From NCBI GenBank assembly GCA_905236165.1, contig CAJOOC010000111.1, positions 2,924-66,923 of the forward strand: a DNA stretch of 64,000 nucleotides, in the 5' to 3' direction. The DNA comes from an uncultured Prevotella sp. (GTDB taxonomy: Bacteria; Bacteroidota; Bacteroidia; Bacteroidales; Bacteroidaceae). Positions 19,347 through 29,475 of the stretch are shown here, piece after piece. Positions within the stretch are counted from its first letter, which is position 1. Every line of letters begins with the position of its first letter. A model generated the notes under the pieces. The model was not told where the DNA came from. It did not search any database and saw only the letters and a program-made list of their open reading frames with translations. The position numbers and the translations under genes were made by a program.

Positions 19347-20612
19347 CTGCCACTATACATAGCACGTAACCTGTATTACAACGGAAACGGGGATGCTGAC
19401 CGTAAGGTCAGTAAGCCTGCCGTGCGTATTGCTATGGCAGGTATCGCTATCGGTGTGGCGGTGATGATTATATCCATCTGCGTGGTGCTGGGATTCAAGC
19501 ATTCCATCCGCGACAAGGTGGTGGGGTTCGGCAGCCATATCGTGGTATCTAACTTCATGACGCTGCAGACAACGGACCTCTCTTACCCCATCAACGCCAA
19601 TGACTCGCTCTACAAGAGGGTAGGGAAGATAGAGGGTGTGAGGCACGTCTCGCGCTACTCGCAGAAGCAGGGTGTACTGAAAACCGACGGCGACTTCCTC
19701 GGGGTGCTCTTCAAGGGCATCGGCGAAGACTATGACACTACGTTCATAGCGCAGAGCATCGTGGCGGGCAAGATGCCGCAGCTGAGCATGTGGAAGAGCA
19801 CGCAGCAGCTGCTCGTATCGAAGATACAGGCCGACCGTCTGAACCTGAAGGTGGGCGACAAGGTGTATGCCTACTACCTCAACGACGACAACGTGCGTGC
19901 ACGTCCCTTCACCGTCTCGGGCATCTACCAGACGAACCTTACCAAATACGACGAGAATGTGTGCTTCACCGACCTCTATACCATGTCGCGCCTGAACGGA
20001 TGGCAGATAGTAGGGAAGGACACGCTGCAGGTGACGGGCATGGAGGTGCTGGTATGCGACTTCGACAGCATCGACGCCGTGGAAGACCGCGTGATAGAAC
20101 TGATAAACAAGACTACCGACGACATGGGCAACACCCTGTCATCGAACACCATACAGGATATGAACCCGCAGATATTCTCGTGGCTCGACCTGCTGGACGT
20201 CAACGTGTGGATTATCCTCATACTGATGGTCTGCGTGTCGGGATTCACCATGATCAGCGGCCTGCTCATCATCATACTTGAGCGCACAGCCATGATAGGC
20301 CTGCTGAAAGCCCTCGGAGCACGCAACAGCATGGTGCGGCATACGTTCCGCTGGCTGGCCACCTTCATAGTAATAAGAGGTATGATATGGGGCAACATAC
20401 TGGGCATAGGCCTATGCCTGCTGCAGCAGCTCACGGGCATCGTGAGGCTCGACCCGATGACGTACTACGTCGCCGAGGTGCCCATAGAGATGAACTGGGG
20501 GCTGATAGTGCTGCTCAACATCGCTACGCTCATCATCACCACGCTGGCCCTGGTGCTGCCGAGCTTCTTCGTTTCGACGGTGAAGCCCGCAAGGACGATG
20601 AGGATGGAGTAG
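19341..20612 (+). CDS. LolC/E (MacB/FtsX-type) ABC permease
   Basis: GIAIGVAVMII..V..GF, ERTAMIGLLKALGA, four TM helices; TTG start. Confidence 0.88.
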   Translation: MNLPLYIARNLYYNGNGDADRKVSKPAVRIAMAGIAIGVAVMIISICVVLGFKHSIRDKVVGFGSHIVVSNFMTLQTTDLSYPINANDSLYKRVGKIEGVRHVSRYSQKQGVLKTDGDFLGVLFKGIGEDYDTTFIAQSIVAGKMPQLSMWKSTQQLLVSKIQADRLNLKVGDKVYAYYLNDDNVRARPFTVSGIYQTNLTKYDENVCFTDLYTMSRLNGWQIVGKDTLQVTGMEVLVCDFDSIDAVEDRVIELINKTTDDMGNTLSSNTIQDMNPQIFSWLDLLDVNVWIILILMVCVSGFTMISGLLIIILERTAMIGLLKALGARNSMVRHTFRWLATFIVIRGMIWGNILGIGLCLLQQLTGIVRLDPMTYYVAEVPIEMNWGLIVLLNIATLIITTLALVLPSFFVSTVKPARTMRME

Positions 20613-20616
20613 AAGA

Positions 20617-20737
20617 CCCACCCCGGAAAGTGAAGAGTGAAGAATCGCGGGCGAGACGCCCACGTCCCTGACTAAAGAAAATTGACAATTAACTGTTAAC
20701 TAGTAACTGATAACTGTTAACTAGTTACTGATAACTT
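20617..20737. repeat. Composite junction: CCCACCCCGG remnant, AGTGAAG array, GGGCG-AGA-CGCCC hairpin, TAACTRN x7 array
   Basis: 20617-20626; 20628-20644; 20646-20664; 20690-20737. Confidence 0.85.
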
Positions 20738-20764
20738 TTGCAAAGCATAATAATAAATAAAGAA

Positions 20765-23700
20765 ATGAAATTTAAGGAACATAAGAGTCTCAATCTTGTA
20801 GAGACTAATGAACAGATGCTGGGTGAGTGGGAGAAGCAGGATGTCTTCCACAAGAGCATCAGCGAGAAGGAGGGTTGTCCGGAGTTTGTATTCTTTGAGG
20901 GTCCTCCATCAGCCAACGGCCATCCAGGCATTCACCATGTGATGGGTCGCACTATCAAGGATACCTTCCTGCGCTATAAGACGATGAAGGGCTATCAGGT
21001 GAAGCGTAAGGCCGGCTGGGACACTCACGGCCTGCCTGTAGAGCTGAGCGTGGAGAAGAGCCTGGGCATCACGAAGGAGGATATAGGCAAGAAAATCTCC
21101 GTTGACGACTATAACGACGCCTGCCGCAAGAACGTGATGATGTACACCGACGAGTGGAGTCAGCTGTCGAGCAAGATGGGCTATTGGGTAGACCTGGAGC
21201 ACCCTTACATCACATACGACATCAAGTATATCGAGACGCTGTGGTGGCTGCTGAAGCAGCTCTATAACAAGGGCCTGCTCTATAAGGGCTATACCATACA
21301 GCCTTACTCACCTGCAGCAGGCACGGGACTGTCGTCGCACGAGCTGAACCAGCCCGGCTGCTACCGTGACGTCAAGGACACCACCGTAACGGCGCAGTTC
21401 AGGGTTACCGACAAGGCTCCCGTTGACACCGACCTGCCTACATACATCCTCGCTTGGACCACCACACCGTGGACGCTGCCCTCAAATACGGCCCTCTGCG
21501 TAGGACCGAAGATTGACTACGTGGCCGTGAAGGGCAACAACCCCTATACGGACGAGGAGGCAGTGTATATCCTTGCAGAGGCACGACTGGGAGCGTATTT
21601 TAACGTTAACGAAAACGAAAACAATGTCGAGATATTGTGGCGCGGCACGGGTGCCGACCTGCTTGATCTTCACTATCAGCAGCTGATGCCTTGGGTTAAG
21701 CCTTGCGAGCTGCAGGACGGCGAGGTAGTAGTGAAGGAGCAGGACGCTTTCCGCGTTATCCCTGGCGACTATGTTACTACCGACGACGGTACGGGCATAG
21801 TACACATCGCGCCTACCTTCGGTGCCGACGATGCCAAGGTGGCCAAGGATGCAGGAATACCATCGCTCTTCATCATCGACAAGGCCGGCGATACACGCCC
21901 AATGGTAGACTTCCAGGGTAAGTACTTCGTGAAGGACGACATCGACGAGGCCTTCCTCGGAAAGTGTGTCAACGAGTCATACTGGAAGCATTCGGGCGAC
22001 TATGTGAAGAATGCCTACGACCCAAAATATAATAAGGACGGCAAATACGACGAGAAGGCTGCCGCCAAGGATATGGACCTTAACGTGGTCATCTGCCTCG
22101 AGATGAAGGAAGAGGGCTCGGCCTTCAAGATAGAGAAGCACGTGCACAACTACCCACATTGCTGGCGTACGGACAAGCCTGTGCTCTACTATCCTCTGGA
22201 CTCCTGGTTCATCAGGTCGACGGCCAAGAAGGACCGCATGTATGAGCTCAACAAAACCATCAACTGGCACCCCGAGTCAACGGGTACGGGTCGCTTTGGC
22301 AAGTGGTTGGAGAACCTCAACGACTGGAACCTCAGCCGTTCACGCTACTGGGGCACCCCGCTGCCTATCTGGCGCAACCGCGATACGAAGCAGGAGAAGT
22401 GCATCGGTTCGCTCGAGGAGCTCTACAACGAGATAGAGAAGGCTGTAGCAGCCGGTGTGATGGCATCCAACCCGCTGAAGGATAAGGGCTTCGTGCCTGG
22501 AGACATGTCGCAGGAGAACTATGACCGCATTGACATCCATCGCCCATACGTGGACGACATAAAACTCGTGGGCGATGACGGCTCTGTGTTGACGCGTGAG
22601 CTGGACCTCATCGATGTGTGGTTCGACTCCGGCGCCATGCCTTACGCACAGATACATTATCCTTTCGAGAACAAAGACCTCATCGACAAGGGCCAGGCAT
22701 ATCCCGCCGACTTCATCGCAGAGGGTGTTGATCAGACCCGCGGATGGTTCTTCACGCTCCATGCCATCGCCACGATGGTGTTCGACAGCGTGGCATTCAA
22801 GAATGTGATATCCAACGGACTGGTGCTCGACAAGAACGGCATCAAGATGTCGAAGCGTCTGGGTAATGTCATCAACCCGTTCGAGTGCATCGGACAGTAT
22901 GGCACCGACCCTGTGCGCTGGTATATGGTGACGAACTCATCGCCTTGGGACAACCTCTCCTTCGACCCCGACGGAGTGAAGGAGGTGATATCAAGCTTCT
23001 TCATCAAACTCTATCAGGCATACTCCTTCTTCACACTCTACGCCAACGTGGACGGCTTTGAATATAAGGAGGCCGACGTACCGTTTGAGGAGCGTCCCGA
23101 CTTCGACCGCTGGCTGCTCTCAGAGCTCAACACCCTGGTGAAGAGCGTGGACGAGTATCTGGCCAGCTATGACGTGACCCCAGCTACACGACTCATACAG
23201 AGCTTCGTGATAGACAAACTCTCAAACTGGTATATCCGCCTGAACAAGAAACGCTTCTGGGGCGGCGGTATGACACAGGACAAACTGTCGGCATACCAGA
23301 CCCTCTACACCTGTCTCGACACCCTCGCTCGACTAATAGCACCCGTGGCACCATTCTATGCCGACCAGCTGTTCCGCGACCTCAACGAGGCTACTGGCAA
23401 GGACAGCGCCATCAGCGTACACCTGGCACAGTTCCCCGAGGCCAACGGGGCTTATATCGACACGCAGTTGGAGCAGGCCATGCAGACCGCTATGCAGGTG
23501 ACATCGATGGTGCTCTCGCTGCGTAAGAAGGTCAAGATACCTGTGATACAGGCCCTGCAGATGATCTCCATCCCTGCCGGCGACGCTGAGCTGCGCCAGT
23601 CGATAGAGCGAATGGCAAGCGTCATACTGGCCGAGACCAACGTGAAGGAACTGAAGTTCATCGAGGAAGGCTCGGGCATGCAGCTGGTGAAGAAGGTAAA

Positions 23701-24205
23701 GTGTAACTTCCGCACTATGGGTAAGAAATTCGGTAAGCTGATGAAGGATGTGAACAACGCTGTCATGGCGATGTCGCAGGAGCAGATTTCCGAGTTGGAG
23801 CAGAACGGCACCATCACTCTCGATGTGGCCGGACAGCCCACACTCATTGAGGCTGTCGACGTTGAGATAATCTCTGAGGACATCCCCGGCTGGACCATTG
23901 CCCAGGAAGGCAAAATCACAGTAGCCCTCGACATAGAGATTACGCCAGAGCTGAAGAACGAAGGCATGTCGCGCCTCATCATCAAGAGAATACAGGCCAT
24001 GCGTAAGGAGTCAGGCTTTGAAATCACCGACCGCATCAGCGTGGAGATAGAGGAGCAGGCCGACCTTCGAAAGGCTGTGGAGGCCTTCGGCGAGCATATC
24101 GCTTCGCAGGTGCTGGCCAACTCTCTCACTATGGGCGACGCTGCTGAAGGCATCGAAACCGACTTCGGCGACTTCAAGGCGAAGGTGAGGATTGTTAAGA
24201 GTTAA
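20765..24205 (+). CDS. ileS: Isoleucine--tRNA ligase (type 2)
   Basis: EGPPSANGHPGIHH, WTTTPWTLPSN, GTGIVHIAP, WNLSRSRYWG, KMSKR. Confidence 0.97.
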   Translation: MKFKEHKSLNLVETNEQMLGEWEKQDVFHKSISEKEGCPEFVFFEGPPSANGHPGIHHVMGRTIKDTFLRYKTMKGYQVKRKAGWDTHGLPVELSVEKSLGITKEDIGKKISVDDYNDACRKNVMMYTDEWSQLSSKMGYWVDLEHPYITYDIKYIETLWWLLKQLYNKGLLYKGYTIQPYSPAAGTGLSSHELNQPGCYRDVKDTTVTAQFRVTDKAPVDTDLPTYILAWTTTPWTLPSNTALCVGPKIDYVAVKGNNPYTDEEAVYILAEARLGAYFNVNENENNVEILWRGTGADLLDLHYQQLMPWVKPCELQDGEVVVKEQDAFRVIPGDYVTTDDGTGIVHIAPTFGADDAKVAKDAGIPSLFIIDKAGDTRPMVDFQGKYFVKDDIDEAFLGKCVNESYWKHSGDYVKNAYDPKYNKDGKYDEKAAAKDMDLNVVICLEMKEEGSAFKIEKHVHNYPHCWRTDKPVLYYPLDSWFIRSTAKKDRMYELNKTINWHPESTGTGRFGKWLENLNDWNLSRSRYWGTPLPIWRNRDTKQEKCIGSLEELYNEIEKAVAAGVMASNPLKDKGFVPGDMSQENYDRIDIHRPYVDDIKLVGDDGSVLTRELDLIDVWFDSGAMPYAQIHYPFENKDLIDKGQAYPADFIAEGVDQTRGWFFTLHAIATMVFDSVAFKNVISNGLVLDKNGIKMSKRLGNVINPFECIGQYGTDPVRWYMVTNSSPWDNLSFDPDGVKEVISSFFIKLYQAYSFFTLYANVDGFEYKEADVPFEERPDFDRWLLSELNTLVKSVDEYLASYDVTPATRLIQSFVIDKLSNWYIRLNKKRFWGGGMTQDKLSAYQTLYTCLDTLARLIAPVAPFYADQLFRDLNEATGKDSAISVHLAQFPEANGAYIDTQLEQAMQTAMQVTSMVLSLRKKVKIPVIQALQMISIPAGDAELRQSIERMASVILAETNVKELKFIEEGSGMQLVKKVKCNFRTMGKKFGKLMKDVNNAVMAMSQEQISELEQNGTITLDVAGQPTLIEAVDVEIISEDIPGWTIAQEGKITVALDIEITPELKNEGMSRLIIKRIQAMRKESGFEITDRISVEIEEQADLRKAVEAFGEHIASQVLANSLTMGDAAEGIETDFGDFKAKVRIVKS

Positions 24206-24256
24206 GAGTTAAGAGTTGAGAGTTAAGAGTTGATAGTTGATAGTTATCAGTTAAAA
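24194..24256 (+). repeat. 7-bp micro-array GTTRANA x9 containing the ileS stop
   Basis: gttaaga x3 gttgaga gttaaga gttgata x2 gttatca gttaaaa. Confidence 0.95.
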
Positions 24257-24285
24257 TAAATATCTAACCAAACATACAAAACACT

Positions 24286-24669
24286 ATGGCTGAAATCAAG
24301 AAACGCTACAGCGATGAAGATCTCGCTGAGTTTAAGGAAATTATTGACCAGAAACTGGATCGTGCACGTAAGGACTATACAGACATGATGAAAGCCCTTC
24401 GTAATGATGAGGGTAACGATGTGGCAGACACGTCGCCCACGTACAAGATACTTGAGGAAGGTTCTGTGACGCAGAACAAGCAGGAGCTTATCGTGCTTGC
24501 ACAGCGTCAGCAGAAGTTCATCAAGAGCCTTGAGGCTGCCCTCATCCGCATACAGAACAAGACCTACGGCATTGACCGCATGACAGGCGAGCTCATACCG
24601 AAGGAGCGTCTCCGCATAGTACCTCATGCAACACTCTCCGTGGAGTCGAAGATGAACAAAAACCACTAA
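24286..24669 (+). CDS. DksA/TraR family regulator
   Basis: Coiled coil, ALIRIQNKTYG...TGELIPKERL.IVPHATLS; ileS-dksA-lspA order. Confidence 0.88.
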   Translation: MAEIKKRYSDEDLAEFKEIIDQKLDRARKDYTDMMKALRNDEGNDVADTSPTYKILEEGSVTQNKQELIVLAQRQQKFIKSLEAALIRIQNKTYGIDRMTGELIPKERLRIVPHATLSVESKMNKNH

Positions 24670-24687
24670 GGAACATTGAAGGCTGAA

Positions 24688-25356
24688 ATGAAGAAGGGTG
24701 TGCTCTACACCTTATTTATAATATTACTGCTTGTCATAGACCAGAGCATCAAGATATGGGTGAAGACACACATGTGTCTGCATGAGAGCCGTCACATCAC
24801 CGACTGGTTCTATCTCTCGTATATCGAGAACAACGGCATGGCCTATGGCATGACCTTCATTCCGAAGTATGCGCTGAGCATCTTCAGACTCGTTGCCTGC
24901 TGCGCCCTGATGTGGTACATACGCAGGGAGATTCTTCGCGGGGCACGCACCATCTGGCTCATACTGCTCTCGATGGTGCTGGCCGGAGCGGCTGGCAACC
25001 TCATAGACTGTATGTTCTACGGACTGATATTCAATGGGGCATCATCCTACTATACGTCATTCTTCGTAGACTTCGGCACAGGCTATGCTCCGTTCCTGCA
25101 GGGAAAGGTGGTGGACATGTTCTACTTCCCCCTGATAGTGACTACATACCCCGACTGGTTCCCACTATGGGCTGGAGAGCCGTTCATCTTCTTCGCTCCG
25201 ATATTCAATTTCGCCGATGCATGCATCTCCGTTAGCGTAGTGGCGATACTGCTGTTCTGCAGAAGAGAACTGACGCCGGAGGAGGGGGAGCCCGGGAGCA
25301 CGGAATCACAGAATAATGGTATTACGGAACCACGAAATAACGATATCACGGAATAG
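24688..25356 (+). CDS. lspA: Lipoprotein signal peptidase II
   Basis: DQSIK, ENNGMAYG, GAAGNLID, VVDM, IFNFAD; alternative TTG start at 24676. Confidence 0.92.
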   Translation: MKKGVLYTLFIILLLVIDQSIKIWVKTHMCLHESRHITDWFYLSYIENNGMAYGMTFIPKYALSIFRLVACCALMWYIRREILRGARTIWLILLSMVLAGAAGNLIDCMFYGLIFNGASSYYTSFFVDFGTGYAPFLQGKVVDMFYFPLIVTTYPDWFPLWAGEPFIFFAPIFNFADACISVSVVAILLFCRRELTPEEGEPGSTESQNNGITEPRNNDITE

Positions 25357-25379
25357 CGTTATAAAGAAAAACTTTTACA

Positions 25380-26336
25380 TTGCCAAACATCATAAAAGCT
25401 ACATATCATGGTCTTCACGGCCTGCTGGTGCTGCTCATAGTGGCGCTGGTGGCAGGCTGTGCTCCGTCGCATCCGTCCGGGGTGTTGTCGCATAGCGAGA
25501 TGGCTGACGTGCTGTATGACATGCACCTGGCACAGTCGCTGTACGACGAACCCGACATCAGACAGTCTGATGCCGATATCATAATGTTACGCAACGAAGT
25601 GCTCAAGAAGCATGACATCACGCAGCAGGAATGGGACTCCTCTTTCAACTACTACTGTCGCAACACCTATGAGCTGCACAGCATATACAAGGATGTGACC
25701 GAGAGGATAGAGAGAAACGTGATCGTGCTGGGCGGAAAGGTGGAAGGCGTGCAGGGCGACGATGCCGACACGTGCAACGTATGGAACCTCGAACCTGCCT
25801 TCGTGCTGATGAAGCAGCCACCGTTCAACCAGATGTCATTCAGCATCGTACCAGACTCTACCTTCGTTGATGGAGACAGGATTACCCTGCAGTTTGACGC
25901 GCAGATGCTCTTCCAGGACGGATACCGCGACCTGACAGCCTATCTCGCAGTATATTATGACAACGACAGTATAGCAATTGGAGTAAGACACGTCAATGGC
26001 GACCAGCATTGTGTTCTGACGATAAACAATGACGTAGACCGCCTGCACGTAAAGGCCATCAAGGGCTATCTGTACCTCATACAGAACCTGGCGCAGGAAG
26101 AGACATCCTCACAGGCATCTACGTTACGCTTTGCTGCGATAAGCAGCGTGAAACTGCTTCATCAGCATACTGACGCTCCGGCAGGCAGCAGCAGTTCTTC
26201 TGCCGTTACTGTGGCTCCACAGATGGAGGATGCGAAGAAAGACAGCCTGCGGCGCGACTCCATGAAACTTGACAGCATGAAAATAAAGACGAAACCGCTG
26301 TCGGTACCAAAGGCTAACATAGATATGAAGATGTAG
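25380..26336 (+). CDS. DUF4296 family lipoprotein
   Basis: Lipobox VAGC, VLS..EMADVLYDMHLA, FNYY; follows lspA. Confidence 0.8.
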   Translation: MPNIIKATYHGLHGLLVLLIVALVAGCAPSHPSGVLSHSEMADVLYDMHLAQSLYDEPDIRQSDADIIMLRNEVLKKHDITQQEWDSSFNYYCRNTYELHSIYKDVTERIERNVIVLGGKVEGVQGDDADTCNVWNLEPAFVLMKQPPFNQMSFSIVPDSTFVDGDRITLQFDAQMLFQDGYRDLTAYLAVYYDNDSIAIGVRHVNGDQHCVLTINNDVDRLHVKAIKGYLYLIQNLAQEETSSQASTLRFAAISSVKLLHQHTDAPAGSSSSSAVTVAPQMEDAKKDSLRRDSMKLDSMKIKTKPLSVPKANIDMKM

Positions 26337-26408
26337 AGAGACACTACAATAAACTAACTATACTTCCGCTTCATAACGACCACGGATTTCATGAATTTAA
26401 AATAGACA

Positions 26409-28748
26409 ATGCCAATGAAACGAACCCTACTAACCATCCTGATACTCATCTGTGGCCTCGTTGTCAGCACGGCAGCAACGAAGAGCGACAAGGCTAAGAC
26501 TGTTGCGTGCCCCGCTGAGAAGGGGTGCATAGACCGTAAGGCTGTGGTGATGAGAAACAATCCCCTCGTAACAACCTTCAGTGAGCTGAATTCGCTCACG
26601 GTGGGCAACGGACATTTTGCCACAACGGTTGACATCACGGGGCTGCAGTCCTTCCCAAGAGACTTCGAGCAGGGAGTCCCTCTCTGTGCCATGTCTGACT
26701 GGGGATGGCATTCCTTCCCCAACATAAAAGGTCTGATGGCCGAGGAGACTATGAAGGAGATGGACCTGGGGCATAACCGTAAGGAAGGATATGCCGTAGA
26801 GTACAAGACTGAGGGTCGCAACATGGATGCGACGGCATTCTTCAGGGTCAACCCTCATCGCCTGAACCTGGGCAATTTCGGATTTGTCTTCAATGGTGGA
26901 GCCACCACCATAAAGGATATCAAGGATATAGACCAGACGCTGAACCTCTACGACGGTCACATCCTGTCGTGCTACAACGTTGACGGTGTGCCCGTAACGG
27001 TAACGACAGCAGCCCTTCCTGACAGGTCGGCACTAATCGTTCATGCCAACACGAAACTCTTCAAGAAAGGCAAGGCCGCTCTTTGCCTCTCCCTGCCTTA
27101 CGTGACGGGCAAGCATGCCGATGCCGCCACAGACTGGGAGCATGCTGATGCACACAGGTCGAGAGTGGTAGAGCAGGGTGATAAATATGCCGTAATAGAG
27201 CATGTAATAGATGCCACAAGGTATTTCGTGCGCCTCTCTTGGAACGGCAAGGCTCTCTTCAGCAAATACGACAATGAACACCGGTACTTCTTGCAGCCCA
27301 AGAGCGACAATATAGAGGTGAAGGTGGAATATGCCCGTGACCTGCCCAAGATGCAGACGATATTCCAGTATAAGAAAGAGCTGGCCGGCGTCACCGCCTT
27401 CTGGAACAAATGGTGGCAGGAGGGCGGCATAGTGGATTTCTCCGAGTGTACCGACGAGCGTGCCAAGGAACTGGAGCGCCGCGTGGTGCTCTCACAATAC
27501 CTCACCTTCATCAACTGCGCCAACGATACCCCTCCACAGGAGACGGGACTGACATACAACACCTGGTTTGGCCGTCCACACCTTGAGATGACGTGGTGGC
27601 ATACGGTAGACTTCTCACTCTGGGGTCGCCCACAGTATTTGGAGCGTATCCTCGACTGGTATAACTACAAGGCATACCCTATGGCCAGGCAGATAGCGGA
27701 ACGACAGCATTTCGAAGGCATCAGATGGATGAAGATGACAGACCCGTGGGTGGGTGAGTCACCATCCAATGTGGGCTCGTTCCTCACATGGCAGCAGCCA
27801 CATTATATATATATGGCAGAGGAGATGTATCGCCGTGCCGGCAACGACAAGATGACACAGAGGCTTGTGTTGGAGAAATACGGCAAGTATGTTGACGAGA
27901 CAGCCGTGTTCCTTGCCTCCTTTGCTGCAGCATGTGCTGGAGCAGGCCTTGACAGGGCATCTACTGACACTGCCATATTCATCTCGACAAAGCCCATAAC
28001 GCTCTATGGACAGACAGCCATGCAGGAGTCGATGTCGAAGGATTTCTCCTACTGGCATCCCTTTGAGCAGGCATACTTCGTATACGGCCTTACTACTGCC
28101 CTGAAATGGCGCGAGCGCAGAGGACTGCCAACCATCGAAGCATGGCAGAAGATAATATCACGCATGGCACCATTGGCAGAGCATGACGGTATCTATACAG
28201 CAGGAATGCCTACGCAGCCCTTCCTCAATGCAAGCGGCGAGGCTGACAACGGTGCCGAAGCCTTTGACCCATTCAACTATGGTGGTGACACAGGCAAGAA
28301 ACAGCTCACAGAAGAGGAGTTCTACCTGAAGTGCCGCTCAGACCATCCTGCCGTGCTGGGAGCCTGTGGACTCCTTCCCGACTATGGCCTTTACGACCGT
28401 GAGAAGATGCAGCACACCCTGTCGTGGGTGATGGACAACTGGAACTGGGACACCACATGGGGCTGGGACTATGGTATGACGGCCATGTGTGCGGCACGCC
28501 TGGGTGACGGCGAGAATGCTGTGAAGGCTCTACTGATAGACAAGGGAAAGAATACATACCTCGTATCTGGCCACAACTATCAGGAACCGAAACGCCTGCG
28601 ACTCTACCTGCCCGGCAACGGAGCCCTGCTCGATGCTGTGGCTATGATGTGTGCAGGATGGGACGGATGTCCTGATGTGAAGAATCCTGGATTCCCACAG
28701 AACGGCAAATGGAACGTGAAGTGGGAAGGACTGAACAGAATGCAATAA
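26409..28748 (+). CDS. Secreted six-hairpin glycosidase-like protein (GH65/GH95-like)
   Basis: Signal peptide, LTVGNG..A..VDITGLQ, ELERRVVLSQY, PPQETGL, TWGWD, YLPGNG; family uncertain. Confidence 0.65.
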   Translation: MPMKRTLLTILILICGLVVSTAATKSDKAKTVACPAEKGCIDRKAVVMRNNPLVTTFSELNSLTVGNGHFATTVDITGLQSFPRDFEQGVPLCAMSDWGWHSFPNIKGLMAEETMKEMDLGHNRKEGYAVEYKTEGRNMDATAFFRVNPHRLNLGNFGFVFNGGATTIKDIKDIDQTLNLYDGHILSCYNVDGVPVTVTTAALPDRSALIVHANTKLFKKGKAALCLSLPYVTGKHADAATDWEHADAHRSRVVEQGDKYAVIEHVIDATRYFVRLSWNGKALFSKYDNEHRYFLQPKSDNIEVKVEYARDLPKMQTIFQYKKELAGVTAFWNKWWQEGGIVDFSECTDERAKELERRVVLSQYLTFINCANDTPPQETGLTYNTWFGRPHLEMTWWHTVDFSLWGRPQYLERILDWYNYKAYPMARQIAERQHFEGIRWMKMTDPWVGESPSNVGSFLTWQQPHYIYMAEEMYRRAGNDKMTQRLVLEKYGKYVDETAVFLASFAAACAGAGLDRASTDTAIFISTKPITLYGQTAMQESMSKDFSYWHPFEQAYFVYGLTTALKWRERRGLPTIEAWQKIISRMAPLAEHDGIYTAGMPTQPFLNASGEADNGAEAFDPFNYGGDTGKKQLTEEEFYLKCRSDHPAVLGACGLLPDYGLYDREKMQHTLSWVMDNWNWDTTWGWDYGMTAMCAARLGDGENAVKALLIDKGKNTYLVSGHNYQEPKRLRLYLPGNGALLDAVAMMCAGWDGCPDVKNPGFPQNGKWNVKWEGLNRMQ

Positions 28749-28812
28749 ACCTCTCCCGACCTCCCCAAGGGGGAGGAGGGTTAATTCGTTAATTTGTTAA
28801 TTCGTTAATTCG
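28749..28812 (+). repeat. CT-rich/GA-rich palindrome followed by 8-bp array GTTAATTY x4
   Basis: acctctcccgacctccccaagggggaggag then gttaattc gttaattt gttaattc gttaattc. Confidence 0.9.
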
Positions 28813-28816
28813 AAAG

Positions 28817-29455
28817 GTGGCCGTTCTTCTCGATAATGCAGTAACTCAGTTCTCGCGTCTTCCCGGCATAGGCAGGAAGACCGCGTTGCGTCTCGTGTTG
28901 CACATGCTGCGGCAGGAGGAGTGCGACGTGACTGAGTTTGCCGAGGCTCTGACGCGCCTTAGACGCGAGGTGAAGTATTGCTGCCGCTGTCATAACATCA
29001 GCGATACGGAGATATGTCCTATCTGCTCAGACAGAACCCGCGATGAAAGCACGGTATGCGTGGTGGAGAACATACAGGATGTGCTCGCCATAGAGCATAC
29101 GCAGCAGTATCACGGACTGTACCACGTGCTTGGCGGCGTGATATCTCCAATGGACGGCATAGGTCCGAAAGACCTCGAGATAGACTCGTTGATAGAGAGA
29201 GTGAAGGCATCGCGCGCTGCAGCGGACAATTCTTCGGAGAACCAACTGGAGCATGTCCCCATCAAAGAGGTGATATTTGCTCTGTCTTCAACGATGGAGG
29301 GCGATACTACCAACTTCTACATAACCCGCCAGCTGCAAACCATTAGCGGACTGACCCTGTCGGTAATAGCTCGTGGCATCAGCGTGGGTGACGAGCTGCA
29401 GTACACAGACGAGGTAACACTCGGAAGGAGTATACTAAACAGAACAAGAATATAA
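28817..29455 (+). CDS. recR: Recombination mediator RecR
   Basis: [13 protein letters not shown]4 zinc finger, YHVLGG.ISP, TOPRIM EGDTT, IARG; GTG start. Confidence 0.95.
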   Translation: MAVLLDNAVTQFSRLPGIGRKTALRLVLHMLRQEECDVTEFAEALTRLRREVKYCCRCHNISDTEICPICSDRTRDESTVCVVENIQDVLAIEHTQQYHGLYHVLGGVISPMDGIGPKDLEIDSLIERVKASRAAADNSSENQLEHVPIKEVIFALSSTMEGDTTNFYITRQLQTISGLTLSVIARGISVGDELQYTDEVTLGRSILNRTRI

Positions 29456-29475
29456 ACCAATAAACTAAGAGAACT

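Noticed and set aside
20613-20764. T-box or other riboswitch upstream of ileS
   Set aside because: No T-box consensus; the region is accounted for by repeat relics
24194-24256. Arrays as CRISPR
   Set aside because: Units are 6-9 bp, contiguous, without unique spacers; no cas genes in the window
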